A DNA stretch of 64,000 bases from Stegostoma tigrinum (GCF_030684315.1 NC_081396.1:2914001-2978000), one strand, 5' to 3'. Shown: positions 36,581-50,354, counted from the stretch's first letter. The notes: generated by a model not told the origin, from the sequence alone. Translations and numbers: made by a program.

Positions 36581-37389
36581 GTAAACATTACAAGCATTGA
36601 AGTAAGAGAAACGATTGGCCTCACCAGCATTGAGGCTTTTTTTTTTTCTGTCTAAGCTAGCTACATTGTATGGGATATATTGCCTGCATTAACAACAATC
36701 AGTTGCATAAGGTTAGGGTGCAAAGGACGGTAACAGAGCCACAACATGGAAGGCGTTTCAGGACTCTTCGAAGGTGTTGCTGTCTGCGACTATATCTTAA
36801 GTGAGTTAGATTGTATCTGGAGACTGAGACTACCTATTGTAGAGCCGCCTTGAAGTGTTCGTAGCCTGCATTTAGACTTTTCCGAACTGTTAGTGATTTT
36901 TAACCTCCTGTTGCAGCATATCTCTCTGAACTAGTTGGATCTTGAATTCAAGGCTTCTGATTCAGGGGTAGAGACACTGCCATTGAATTACAAGAGCCTT
37001 TATTCTGCCTGTTAGCACGTTATAAGCTTGAAATCTGATAATTCTAAAGATTGTGGTTGCCTTGTTTGTAAGAAATGAACTTAAATCACAAGAAATGATA
37101 TAGTTTGTTGGAAGGCATTGAGTCTGTGTGGATAAAGCTGAGAAACTACAAAGGAAAACATACCCCGATGGGGGTAATGTACAGCCTCTTAGGGATAATC
37201 TGGGTAGAGGGGAGAAACTATATCAAAGGGTAGAAAAGGCATGCAGGAAAATCATCATTATAATAATCAATAAACTTGTTGATTGGGAAGTGCAGGTTTT
37301 AGCGGATTCCAAGAAAATGAAATTGTTAACTGCCTTCCAGTTTTTCTTTGTTGAAGCAGAATATAATAGAGTCCAGTAGGGAATAGGCA

Positions 37390-39410
37390 ATTCTGGATAC
37401 GGTGATATATAATGAAGCACCCTTGATTAGGGAGATTAAGGAGAAGGAACCCTTGGGGTCAGTGATCATAATATGTTCAATTTCACCCTGCAATTTAACG
37501 GGGAGGTGGGGTGGAACTTGAATCAGATGTAACTGTACTAAAATTGATTAATGGTAACTGCAAATACATGAGAGAGGAACTGGCCAGAGTCAGTTGGCAA
37601 TGGAGTCTAGCAGAGAAGATGGTGGAGCAGCAATGACAGCAGTTTCTGTGGGTAATTCAGGAGAAACAGCAGACATCCGTCCCAAGGAAGAAAGAACATG
37701 TTAAGAGGATGACGAGGCAACTATGGCTGATGAGGAAAGTCAAGTACAGAATAAAACCAAAGCAGAAACCATGCATGTTGCAAGGACTGAGTGAGAAGCC
37801 AGATGTTTGGAAAGCTTTTAAAAATCAGCATAAGAACAATTGAAAAAAAAAGCAATAAGGGGGAAGAAGATGCAATGTGAGGGTAAATGATCCTGTAATA
37901 GAAGATTGCAAACAATGTTATTTTTACATCGAAAAAAAACAAAAGAGAGGCAAGTGTGCACATTGAACCATTGGAAAATGAGATAGGAGAAGTAGCAATT
38001 GAGAGCAGGAAAATTGCAGAGGAACTGAATATGTAGTTCACACCAGTTTTCACAGTCCGAATGTGAATAAATCACATGGACGCATGACACACCAGGAGAA
38101 GGAGACACCTGAGGAGATTGTGGTGAAATTTAATGAATCGCTGGAGTCAGGGATAGGTTTATGTAACAGTACTATTTAAGAAGGGAAGGAGGCAGAAGAT
38201 GGGAAATCATAGGCTGGTTAGCCAGACTTCTGACTTCTTGATAATATTTTAGGACGAAATTACAGAAGACCCTGAAGTGCTTGGTAGAAAAGGGTGAAGC
38301 TTGCATGATTTCGTTAAGGGGAAGTCGTGCCTGCAAATCTATTAGAATCCTTTGAGGAAGTGACGAGCAAGTTAGACAAAGAAGATCCAGTGGACGTGAC
38401 CTATTTCAATTTTCAGAAGGCCTTTGACAAAGAGTTGCTCTGGGTGCTGATAATAATGTTGTAAAGGGAAATGTACAGGTATGGAAATACAGATTAGCTT
38501 ACTGATGGAAGGCAGAAAGTGAGGATAAATTGGCAGCCTGTTAATTGTGGAGATCCACAGGGGTCCAGGTTGCTGGGAACACAACAGTTTACTATCTGGA
38601 CATAGGAACTAAAGGGCTTGTTGTCAGGTTTGTGGGTGAGAAAGATATGTAGAGAGACAGGGAATGTTGGGGGAGCAGGAGCCTACAGAAGGACTTGGAT
38701 GGGTGAAGAGAGTTGGCCATAAAGTGGCGGATGGAATACAATATAGGAAGGTGTGAGTTCATGCACTTTGGAAGGAAGGATAGAGGCGTACACTATTTCA
38801 TTTATGAAAAAAAACCCTTAAACGTTTAAGGCAAATAGGGTCTTAAGTGACTTAGTTCAGGATTTGCTGAAGGTTAATATGAAGTTTCTGTTGACAGTCA
38901 GGAAGGCAAATGCAATGTTAGCATTCATTTCAAGAGGAGTGAAATGAAAACACAAGTTTGTACATCTGAGTATGTATACATCTCTGGTACAACTGCATTA
39001 AGAAAATTTTCAACAGTTTTGAGGTTCATATCTGACGAAGGATGGGCTGACCTTGGAAAAGGTCCGAAAGATTTTCACAAGAGTGATCCCGAAGATGGAG
39101 GGCTTATCAGATGAGAAGCGTTTGATGTCTCTGAGCCAGTACTTGAAGTGGTTTAGAAGTATGGGGGTTATCTCACTGAAACTTAGATAATACTGAGAAT
39201 CCTGGGTAGCGTGAACATGGAGGAGAAGTTTCAATTAGTCAGGGAGAATAGATCCCGAGTGTAGAGCCTCAGAGTGAAGGGACAACTCTTTAGAATTTGG
39301 ATGAGAAGGAACTTGTTCAGCCTGTGGGTGTTGAATCTGTGGAACTCATTGCCTCAAAAAGGTTTTGGAGGTCAGATTATTTAAAATGTTTAAGAGAGAG
39401 AGAGATAAAG
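37390..39410 (+). mobile_element. Decayed CR1 ORF2
   Basis: Recognisable CR1 nucleotide motifs (ttttcagaaggcctttgacaa; tgtgagttcatgcactttgg) with many stops. Confidence 0.75.
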
Positions 39411-39621
39411 TAATGACTAATCTTTTACTATTAACAAGCAACAAGTTGTTTATTCCCCCCAGTTATTTTGATAGTCAGGCTAGCCGTCATTAAGTTGGTT
39501 AATGGATGAACCAAATGAATGAACATTGCTTGTTCTTGCTTTGAATTCTTTTGCAACCTCTTTGCAGCTATTCACACTTCACATTATTTTATTTGTAACA
39601 ATGTCAATCTATTACATTTAG

Positions 39622-39776
39622 AAATCCCTCAAGTGAGTCAAGAGCCAGAGGCTTATGAGGTTGAAGAAGATTTAGAATTTTCTAATGAAGATTCCAGCTG
39701 TGTATCAACCATAGTCATCTTTGCCATCATGTTTATTTTCAGCATGTTCTACGGCACTTGTATAACCCTGTTTAAG
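39622..39776 (+). CDS. IgNAR: IgNAR transmembrane exon 1
   Basis: Acceptor catttag, phase 1 to 0. (E)IPQVSQEPEAYEVEEDLEFSNEDSSCVSTIVIFAIMFIFSMFYGTCITLFK is an acidic spacer plus a CART-like TM helix. Donor GTAACT. Confidence 0.9.
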
Positions 39777-40714
39777 GTAACTATAATTGTGAATTGCATT
39801 CCGCTTTAAAAAATTGCAAGAATCTTCAGCTTAGTTTTTTAGGTGTACCAACATACAAATTATATAGTGTATAATCCAACATATCAATTGTTCCTTTCGT
39901 GATACTTATCATATTAGTCTTGAACGATTATTTGAAGGTCGATTGCTGACAGGAAATAAAGAGAATGCTGAAGAACATCAACAGGTCCGCCAGCATTTGT
40001 GAAGAAGAAAAGAGTTAACTTTTGGAGTCTGGAATGACTCTGCTTGAGAAGAAAATTATGAGGAATGGTCAAACACTAACTGTCAACTACATTTGTCCAT
40101 CCACAGATGCTGACAGAACTAGAAAGTTACTCCTGCATTCTCTATGTCTGATAAATACTTTTGGCACTAGCTCTATTTCGGCTTTATGAGCAGTTTTTTG
40201 ACCAATTCACCAAGTCTCCCAATATGATGAAATTGTCGAAGAATATGCGCAAACGAGATAAAATGTCACATTAGAATCAGAATATAGCAAGAATAGAAAA
40301 CGTTGAGTTGGGAAGAGTTGAACTTTCCTTAGAAAGGAAGACAAAGAGAGAAAGTTGAACTGCAAGCAAAAGTTTGCAATAGAACATGGAGCACTCTAAA
40401 TAAATTAGGAAACGTTGGCTTCTGAGGGATGGATCATTATGAATAAACATTGAGAGTATTGCTACAGAAGAAATTTGGATGATGATAGTACACAGATCAT
40501 ACACACATGTCTCAGAAAAGTTGGAATTTTGGTTTCCGCGAAGTGCAAGGAAATTACTTACAAGAGAGATGGTAGAATGTTTACTTTGCGAAATTCATGA
40601 AAGGGGACGATTTATTGAGAATAAAATCAGCAAATGTAATAAACAGAATCAACGTGAGAATTTCAACATGGAATTCTCATTCCACTATAAGACGGCAGTT
40701 AAATGCCAATATCT

Positions 40715-41005
40715 AATAAATAATAGAGACCCAGATAATGTTCTGAGGTACCCGTCTTCGATTCCTGTCACAGCAGATGGTAGAATTTGAATTAAATAAA
40801 TAAATACGCAGAATTAAGAATTCAATGAGCGCCATAAGCCCATTGTTGGGGGCAACATATCTGGATCACTCATGCCCTTTAGAAGGGAACTTCCCATCCT
40901 GATCAGATCTGACTCCAGACTCACAGCTATGTGCTTGACTATTAACTTCCTCCAGACAGTTAGGGATGAGCAATAAATGCTGCTTGGCCAGCAATTCCCT
41001 CATTC
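40715..41005 (+). mobile_element. Deu-domain (SacSINE1-like) SINE
   Basis: tgactccagactcacagctatgtgcttgact core and LINE-derived tail tagggatgagcaataaatgctg...cattccatgaatg. Confidence 0.65.
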
Positions 41006-41789
41006 CATGAATGTTTTTTTTTTAATCAGGAGAGCACGCTTAACAGGCTGACCACAGTGATGACAGGGTGCAGAGTATTGGCCTCAAGTTAGGTTTTGTA
41101 GACCAGGCTTGTTGCCTGGAAGATGAAATAGTAACTCTTCATCCTCATTGAGCTAATTGAGATACTTGGAATATTCGTTAGTGAAGAATAAAAGAGGAAA
41201 ACTGATCTTCTGCTCAGTGCATCGAGATCATGGCTTAGTTAACAACAGTAAAGCCAAACTCCAAACACGAATGCTGTTGGAAAACATTTTCACACAACTG
41301 CTCTGATCCACAATAGCAATCTAACGCAAAAGGAATGCCAATTAGAATTATAAACGTTCAGATTAACACATATGAATATTAACTTCTTAAAAGATGTGAG
41401 TGGAAGTGCATATAATTCGATAAGGCTTTGATCTATTTTCTTCACAAAGATTGTGGGAATAGTATTCTTCGTCTTGCTGGTGATCTTACGTTCTATTGGA
41501 TTCCTGTTTTTACTCTGAATCGCTGCAAAACATTTCAAATTGTGGTTCATCACCACGTATTCTATTTTATAATCTCATGAAATTATATGGATCACAAACA
41601 TTATTATATCTTAGAGTTTCCAAAATAATTTTTGATAAGGTCCCACAGTATGAATTTGTGAAGAAAATTAAAGCACACTTGACTGGGAATCATCGACTGG
41701 CATGGATTAAAAAACGGTTAACAGGCAGAAGGTAAAGTAGAATATTTGGACCATTTTCAGTTGATAGATTTTGCCCAGAATGGTAACCC

Positions 41790-42830
41790 AGGCACAGGGG
41801 CTAAAAGGTCCGTTACTGCTCTCGAAATCCTATGTTACTCCAAAGTTTCTGTTCTCAGCTCTGTCTCTCTCACTTGACCTTGATTCCACTATCCTTAACA
41901 GCTCTATCCATCTCTTTCTTGAAAGTATCCAGAGACTTGGCTTCCACTGCCTTCTGGAGCAGAGCATTTCATATATTCACCACTCTCTGGGTGAAGAAGT
42001 TTTTTCCTCAACTCTGTTCGAAATAGCCTACCCCTTATTTTTAAACTGTGTCCTCTGGTTCTGGGCTCACCCATCAACGGAAACATGCTCCCTGCATCCA
42101 GAGTGTCCAATCCCTTCATCATCTTATACGTCTCAATCAGATCCCCTCTCACCCTTTTAAACTCAAGTGTATCCAAGCCCAGTCTCTCCAGCCTTTCAAC
42201 AGATGACAGTCCCGCCATTCCCGGAATTAACCTCGTCAACCTACGCTGCATTCCCTCAATAGCAAGAATGTCCTTCCTCAAATTGGGAGACCAAAACTGC
42301 ACACAATACTCCAGGTGCGGTCTTACCAGGGCCCTGTACAGCTGCAGAAGGACCTCTTTGCTCCTCTACTCAATTCCTCTTGTTATGAAGGCCAGCATGC
42401 TATTAGCTTTCTTCACTGCCTGCTGTACCTGCATGCTTGCTTTCATTGACTAACGTACCAGAACGCCTAGATCTCGTTGTACTTCCGCTTTACCTAGCTT
42501 GACTCCATTTAGACAGTAATCTGCCTGCTGTTCTTGCCACCAACGTGGATAACATCACATTTGTCCACATTAAACTGCATCTGCCATGCATCTGTCCACT
42601 CACCTAGCCTGTCCAAGTCATCCTGTATTCTCATAACATCCTCTTCATATTTCACACTGCCACCCAGCTTTGTGTCATCAGCAAAATTGCTAATATTACT
42701 TTTAATGCCTTCATCTGTATCATTAATGTACATTGTAAACAACTGCGGTCCAAGCACCGAACATTGTGGTACCCGACTGGTCCCCGCCTGCCATTCTGAA
42801 GTAGTTTATCACTATTCCTTGCTTCCTGTC
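41790..42830 (-). mobile_element. CR1 RT 3' fragment
   Basis: LGPQLFTMYIND...FADDTKLGG and QFWSPNLRKDILAIEG peptides. Confidence 0.9.
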
Positions 42831-42854
42831 AGCCTTAGTCTTCTGCTGCTTCAG

Positions 42855-43068
42855 TCTTCTCCCACAGTTCAAAGATGTGCAGGTTAAGTGATTTGGCAAT
42901 TTTAAATTATGCTGTAGAGTCCAGGGATGTGCAGGCTTGGTGGATTAGTCATGGCAAATGCGGGGTGGTGTCGGTAATGTGCGGAGGCTGTGTCTGTTTC
43001 GGACTCTTCAAAAGGTTGTTGTGAAAACTATGGGCCAAAGTGACTCTTCCACACTGTATAAGCGTTCA
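42855..43068 (+). mobile_element. HE1 SINE, partial
   Basis: ctcccacagttcaaagatgtgcaggtt...ttccacactgta. Confidence 0.7.
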
Positions 43069-43697
43069 AAGGGTAAAAGGGCTTGGCAGCAGCGTGGTCA
43101 TTGAACAAGTTGGTGATTGCATTCTGTAAAAGCCAAGGTGAAAAGGAAAATGCACATCTAATCATTGTTTTCGAAGTAAGACTATAAGACATGTGATCAG
43201 AAATAAGCTATTCTGCCTCCGTCAAGTCCATGCTGTTGATGGCAAGTAAAAGTTTAATTTTTCGAAGCACCGAGGATAAGAGATTGCCAATTTAAGTTTC
43301 TGTGCAAGCGAAGCAATACCGTGAAACATTTCCCAAGTAGACAGCGGTATAAAACTAGAACACAACACCTTCTGCCAACAACCGACACCAGAACGCCATG
43401 AAGGCAGATTCAATGTAGACACTCAAATGTAAATTTAATTTATATCTCAAAAGGAAGAAAATGGGGAGCTAATTGGGGAAGAAGACAAGTATCAAACAGC
43501 AAATTTTCACTGCTAAAATTTTGGGCTCATTGATGGGCCAAATAGATTACTTCTAAACTGTGATTTATTATTTATAACGATCATAACAAAGGCTTTATTT
43601 TTCACCCTATTCGTGCTTTTGAAGATTCAACGTGAATTTACATCATCTCCCTACTCATTCTGATACTAATACACAATGTTTTATTTTTCCCCTTCAG

Positions 43698-43706
43698 ATG
43701 CATTGA
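43698..43706 (+). CDS. IgNAR: Probable IgNAR TM2 exon (Met-His-stop)
   Basis: Branch-like TACTAAT at 43664, long polypyrimidine tract ending ttcag, then ATG CAT TGA in phase 0. This matches the 2-codon size of Ig TM2 exons and lies in non-repeat DNA. Confidence 0.6.
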   Translation: MH

Positions 43707-44754
43707 CAGCCACTTGGCAACAATTTGCTTTCGTGCTGAAATCAAGGTTTGTGCCGGACTATCGCTCAGCTCAAATGTAGAATAGATTACATTTCATTGG
43801 CTTGTGACAAACAGTATGGAAGTTGAATTTTCGTCATGGATCTGTTAAGTCCCCTGGCCATTGCAGAATTCTCAGCATTAACTACAGAGAGAAATGCATG
43901 TTGAAGTAATCCAAAAACTATGGCTCAATTTAACAAAATTGGCAAAACCCTCCCCCTGGATCATTTCACAGTACAACACCATGAACAACATTGTCTCCAA
44001 TGAATTTTGATGAAGTCTCGCTTCAATTAACTGCCAATTAAATTGAATAATGTATTCATCTTTTTAGCAATTCTTTGACAATCAGAGCCCACTTCGGAAA
44101 GAATCAGCACTGTTCTCTTACGTATGCACTCCCCAATATTGTATGTTATTTTTGACAATTCCTGGTCAGGATAAGATGATAAGGCTTTAACTTTTAAAAA
44201 AAAAACAATTGTTCACAGTAATGTGCATGTTTCTGTTCCGATGAATATTCATTCCAGTACATTGAACTGCAATGGGAAACGTTTTGAGAACTGAGTTTTT
44301 GTACTGTTTTAGTCCTTCCGTGTTATTACAACTACTGTGCCGTTAGAAAGATAGGATGCCGACTCAGTGGCAGTGAATGTCGTTGGAAATCAGAATGTAG
44401 AGTGGCTTGAGGGGAACTTCCATTTGGTGAAAAATAGAGCAAAACCGCCGTGCTGGAAAACATAAACGTAAATTTGTGGAGAAACTGAGCACGCCAGGGA
44501 GAGACAGAGGGCAGGGGTCGGGGTGGAGTGGGGGGTGGGGGTTGGGGGTAGGTCGACAAAGGAATGGTTAATATTTAGCTGGGGAAGATGAAACGCCTGG
44601 TAGTTGGTAATGGGGATAAAACAGCGTGAAAGTGGGTTGGCTGTGCTGAAAGCAACTCATGTCATGACAGGACTTGGGGTGTGGTAGGTGCGTGAACGAT
44701 ATGGAAGCTGGCGTGCAGGCTTTAAAATTATTGAGTGCGATATTTAGCCCCGAT

Positions 44755-45010
44755 TGGTGGTTTCCACATTAATCTCTAACCCTTGACCTTCAGGGTAATA
44801 GACATTGCGGTTCTAGAAGGTGCTTTTAAAATAGGTTCGGTGACCGACAGCACAGCATCCTGTAGATTGTATAAACTGCTACCACAGCACTTTTTCGTGA
44901 AGACAGTGTCTCTGGGAGGAAGTGGATTCGCTAGCAGCAATGCGGACTCCTTGTACTGGACGAAGCGGATCTTTGTTGACTTGGAGCTGCATTCATCCAC
45001 GCAAGTGTAG
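44755..45010 (-). mobile_element. Decayed LINE 3' fragment (family of 20.2-20.9 kb)
   Basis: Reverse complement ggatgaatgcagctcc...atctacaggatgc...agcaccttctagaaccgc...gaaggtcaaggg resembles this LINE's ORF end. Confidence 0.55.
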
Positions 45011-45477
45011 AGTGTTTCATGACCTCTTTTTTTTCAATCTCTGACTTCACAACTTTGGGTACATATTAGGAAGCAGGAAATCATTTATTGCCTCTGAATT
45101 TCCAGCATATGATCCACATTTGCAGGCAGTGTATTTATCTGGTTGGTCTAGTTGTTTCTCGTGAGAGGTATCTCGCAGGAAGGTCCACTCAGATGATTTG
45201 AAATCTAATTCAAAGGGCATGTAAAATGATGCCTTGTTCAAACTGTGAAAGCTTATACCAGAGTATTTTTATTGTAATTCCACAAAACTTCCGCGTAACG
45301 TATATTTTGCTACAAAAGCTTAGATAAAGATATTCTCGAAAAAAAATGAAGTGCTGTTTGATTCAAGTAATAAAGTGGAATGGATTTTGCATTCACTGCA
45401 GCACAGATGCAGCGAGAATGAGTCAAATTAATTCGTTTCTTGCACTTTTGACTTCGAGCAGGACAATTTTAACGTTA

Positions 45478-45690
45478 GAGATAACAAAGTGTAGAGCTGG
45501 ATGAGCACAGCAGGCCAAACAACATCGGAGGAGCAGGAAGGCTGACGTTTCGGGCCTACACCCTTCTTCGGTCTCGGCCCGAAACATCAGCCTTCCTGCT
45601 CCTCTGGTGCTGCTTGGCCTGCTGTGTTCATCCAGCTCTACATCTTGTTATCTCAGATTCTCCGGCATCTGCAGTTCTTACCATCTCTGA
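45478..45690. mobile_element. Penelope-like inverted-repeat element
   Basis: agataacaaagtgtagagctggatg...gctgacgtttcgggcc / ggcccgaaacatcagc...ccagctctacatcttgttatct. Confidence 0.75.
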
Positions 45691-47559
45691 AGCAATTTTC
45701 ACGTTTACCCACTTTGTCACATCGGCTCCAGATCATTTCATGATGTGCTCTGTCAGGACAGCTGTTGCAATAATTTGCCAGAATGACGTGTAAGAATTTA
45801 TGCATAGTTACGTTAAATTGTTCCATCTCTGCTTCTTAAGGACCTTCAAATTTTCTGTTTTCAATATAGAACTTGTCTGTCATGTTAATGCGTTGCTTTT
45901 TTAACAAAAAACATGGTTATTGATCTTAAAGTCTTTCGCAGTATGTACTTGAAATATAATAACGTTTTGGGATTCATGATGTTACGTATTATTGATTTAA
46001 ATAAAGACCAAGGTTTAAGTTTCACCAATATTTTAATTGCGTTTATATTAATCATTCAGATTTTATCAACCACTGACTTAGAAGAACTCACTTACTCATG
46101 TTCTATGATTTTTTTTAATTGATTGAAATAGCTTTGAATACACAATCCCGATCATAGCACTGAAGTAAAAAGAAAGACCCTTTGATTGACCGAGTCTGTG
46201 TCAGTCAAAATGAACGTCTAGCTATTCAAGTTTGCCTTGTGTTTGATTCCATTGCAAGTATTAATCGAAATACCTTTTGAAAGACCATGAGTGTTTCCAT
46301 CTCCACCACGCTTATAGATAGTGATTTACACTGATTTCTGAGTGAAAAAAGAAACTTCCTACCCGCTTTAAACCTCCTGGCCGTCACTTTAAATCAATGT
46401 CTCTGGCCAGTAAATCCACTAGCCATGGTAAAACCTTCTTCTCTTCGACTCTCATAATTTTATACATTTCAGTCATGTCTTCCTCAGTTTCCACTGCTCC
46501 GAGAAAACAAAATCCCAATCAATGTAATCACTCTTCATAATTTGTACTCTCCAACCCAGACAAAGTCTAGTAAAACTCCATCGCACCCTTTCCAGTGCGA
46601 TCTCTCCAGTAAGGTGGGTGCTAGAACCGCGTGCAAATCACTAGCTGTGGAGTAACCAACATTTCATACATTTCCAACGTAACCTTCCTGCTGTAAACAC
46701 TACGTCTTGGCTCGTAAAGAATTGTACTCCACACGCTGTTTGCCCCACTACCTGAAAGGATCAGTGGATGTGCACATCAAGATCACGGCCAGCACTTCAC
46801 AGCCTTGAGGTCACAACAACGCAACTCCGTTTGACCGTTAGTTCTTAACAATGGGTTGTGTGTAGTAGCAGACTACATGATAACAAGTCTCTGATTTCTC
46901 TCCACAGATACTGCCCGACTTCCTGATCTTTTCGAGCAATTTCTGTTTCTTGTAAGTGACAACAAGGCATGGTGCATGGGGGTTGGGGTAAGGATATTGG
47001 ACTTCAACTGGGACTGCCATTTCAACACACCACCCTATTCCCTGGTCAATGTTTCTGCCTCAGGTTTGCTGCTGTGCTCCTGAAAAATTTAGTGCAAGAT
47101 GGAACAAAAGAACTTCATCTTCCGCCTGGAGATCCTGCAATCTTCTGTTGTCCATAGGTTTGAGCTCTCCCACTTCCTTACACCAACCCCCACGTTTCAG
47201 GCCTTGCTGTTACATCGTCTACTATTATACACAACTGACAGTCGGGCACTAACAGTCGCTATTAATAGTTGTTCACCTTCCTAGCTGGATAGTTATCCAC
47301 TCCTTTGTCTGTCTAACAGTACTTCTTTCTCTTTGGCCTCTATCCCCAATCACCTATCGTTTACTCCTTACTCCTTCCCGCCACCTATCCTTATTTGTAA
47401 ATCTGTTATAGTGAGTAGAATGGGTTCCTCTCTGATGATATGTTTCAATTAAGATCTGTCTCTTGGTTAGACTTTAAAAATATAAAACATCAGTATGACG
47501 ATAGCCTGGAGCAGTGTTTCTAGAGCATAAGACTGCTATTTTCTGAGTCTTTAGACTAT

Positions 47560-48475
47560 TAAGGCCCAAAGATGGCCTTTAGTAGACTAAAGTGCTCTTC
47601 CTGTCGGAAGTGAAAGAGAAGAGGAAGTTTCCATGTTACTAATGATTATGCCTGCGGGAAGTGTGCTTGTTTGTGAATCCTTTCAGACTGCATGAATCGG
47701 TAACAGCAGAGCTTAGAGGCAATGAGGAATTACAGTAGATAGAGGGTGTAATGGATGGCAGTTGCAGGAAGGTAGAAAAACCACAAATGCAGTTAGGTAG
47801 ATAGTTTATCTCCAGGAAAGATAGGAGTGGAGGGCAGGTTGTACAGGAGTCTCCTGTGGCTATCACCATCTCAAACAAATATGCTGTTTTGAAAAAATGT
47901 AGGAGGCGATGAACTCTTGGGGGATTTTGACACTGACAGCCAGGTTTCTGCTACCGAGATTGGCTCTACTGTAACGAGGGGTACACCAGGATCCAAGTGA
48001 TCGATTGTGATAGGATACTCTTTAGTCAGAGGCACAGACCGATCTTTCTGCAAACGACAATGAGACATCAGAATGGCGTGTTGCCTTCATAGTGCGGGAT
48101 CAATGATATCTCGGTGAGGGTGTTGAATATTATTACAGTCGAGAAGAACCAGCGGGAGGTCCTTGTACACTTTGGAATGAGTCCAAAACTAGAGGGCACA
48201 GGCTTAAGGTGATAGGGGAGAGATTTAAAAGGGATCTCGGGGCAACTTTCCATGCAGTGGCTTCTATGTGTATGGATTGAGCTAACAGAGGAAGTGGTGG
48301 AGGCTGGTACAATTACAACATTTAAAAGCCATCTGGATGGGTATATGAATAGGAAGGGTTTAGAGGGATATAGGCCAAATGTTGCCAAATGGGACTAGAT
48401 TAATTTAGAATCTGTTTGGCATGCCTGAGTTGGGCTGTAGGGCCTGGTTCCATGCTGCACATTTCTATGACTCTA
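47560..48475 (+). mobile_element. CR1 ORF1 (SGNH esterase-like) remnant abutting a CR1 3' end
   Basis: gtgataggatactctttagtcagaggcacagac (VIGDS-VRGTD-like) followed at about 48185 by the 3' terminal ORF2/UTR. Confidence 0.65.
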
Positions 48476-48649
48476 TCCTTTGCATATAAACCAACATTTT
48501 CCTGCCCACCATCAGTTCTGAGGACGTTAACTCTGATTTCAATCCATAGACGCTGCCAGACCTGCCAAGCTTTTCCAATAATTTCTGTTTTTGTTTCTGA
48601 TTTACAGTACCCGCAGTTGTTTTGTTTTCTATTCATTATAAACTCACAA

Positions 48650-50340
48650 AGGCAGCATCTTGTACTGCTTCTTAACTACCCTATTAACTTGTGCAACTAC
48701 CTTCAAGTGTCTGTGAACAAGCGCCCGAAGATCTCTTTGTGTCTTGGACGTTCCTATGGTTCTGCCATTAATTGAGCACTCCATTTCATCGCTCTTTTCC
48801 CAAAGTCTGTCACGTCACATTTATCAGCATAAAATACCATTTGTGATTAATCTGCCTCTCTGACCAGCTCGACTATATCTTCCTGTAATCTAAGGCCTTC
48901 CTACCCACTGTCAACAAGACTCGTTGAGTCATCCATAGACTTACTTGTTATTCACCTTTCACAATTTTATTCACATAATTTAAGACTATCACAAACAAAA
49001 GGGAACCAGCGTTAATCCCCGTGGAAGGCTAATGGGGTTCAATCATTTGAACAGATTTCTAGCACCAAACCCTTTTTTCCTGCCATTCAGCCAATTTTGG
49101 ATCCAACTTGCCAAATTACGCAGGATCCCATGAAATTTTATTTCCTTATCAGTTTCTTTTGTGGGACTTCATTAAAGGACTAGCCGAAATCCATACAAAA
49201 TATATCAACTACCCTAGTCTACAAACTCGATCATCTCCTCGCAACATTCAATGAAATTCGTTAGGTTTGGCCTCCTTCTGACAAAGCCATGCTTACAATC
49301 CCTGATAGAGTCTTGCCTCTCGAAATGAAGAACAATTTTCTCCTTCACAATGTTCTCCAATAGTTTCCCAGCAACTCATGTGAGACACACTGGCCTATAG
49401 TTCCCTAGACTTTCTCTACAATCCATTTTGTAAAGTGTAACCACATTAGCCATCTTTCTGTTCTCTGGTGTATACCCTAAGGCCAGGGACGACATAAAAC
49501 TTTGGCCCCTGTAGTTTCCTACATTTTCTTTAATAGCAGCCTTGAGCAAAGCACACCTGAACCCAAGGATTTCTCACTTCTATTGCCCCAGAAGCTGCAA
49601 TAACTCTTTGCTTCTCATATCAACGTGTTCAAGAGCTTCGCATCCCATCTTCTCGAATTCTGTACTTGCATGCTCCTTCTCCAGAGTGCAGACTCGACCA
49701 ATGTCATCTGGCTGCACAAACTGATTTCTCCGTTGATCACTCATGAGTCCTAATATTTCCTTGGTTATTCTCTTACGTTTTCATTTCCATTTAATCTTGG
49801 CTGCACATTTTGTCAAGTACCCTTCTTTGGTCCCTTACATGCTTTCTTGTATGCCACCCTCTCCCGCTCTTTAATTTCCTTTAGGGCCTCCTTTCTTTTA
49901 GTCCCTTTGTACTAGTTAAATGCTTCTCTTTTCCTGATTCTCCAGTCCTGAATATTCCAAGGCATTCTGGGTTCTCCAGACTTCTTGCTCTTAAATTTCA
50001 AAAAAAAAATGGAACACGCTGGACCTGTTCTCTTTTTGTTCTGTAGTAAATTTAGCTTCCAGTAGCTTTTCGCAATCTATTTTGGCTCGATCTGCCATGG
50101 TTAAATAAGATCTGTCTGACTCTTAAATCTTAACATTATTGCAAATCAACTTCCTGTTTTCTCCATAACAAATATATGGTGTTATACTGACTATCTCTAA
50201 AGTACTCTCCCACTGTCGTCTTGAGTTCCTGTCTGGCTTCATTCCCCAGAATTAGGTCCAGCGCTGCCCTGTCCTTTGTAGAACCATGTACATGTTGATA
50301 TCAGAAGCGCTTCAGTATACGCTTCAATCTGCCCCTCCCT
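48650..50340 (-). mobile_element. Old decayed CR1 ORF2
   Basis: Reversed CR1 motifs (agccaattttggatccaacttg; ctgacaaagccatgc; ggcctatagttccct). Confidence 0.65.
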
Positions 50341-50354
50341 TCGGAAAAAAATGG

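Larger units (their letters stand above)
16005..43706 (+). other. IgNAR: Complete IgNAR heavy-chain cluster: L, V(D pre-joined), J, C1-C5/secretory, TM1, TM2
   Basis: Exons were located by manual translation. Introns are GT-AG with phase-1 junctions between Ig domains. Each domain resembles the corresponding nurse shark IgNAR domain. No internal stops. Confidence 0.95.

Noticed and set aside
44776-45010. Overlapping ORFs on both strands, possibly a viral or Penelope RT fragment
   Set aside because: The nucleotide sequence better matches the 3' end of the LINE family also seen at 20.2-20.9 kb.
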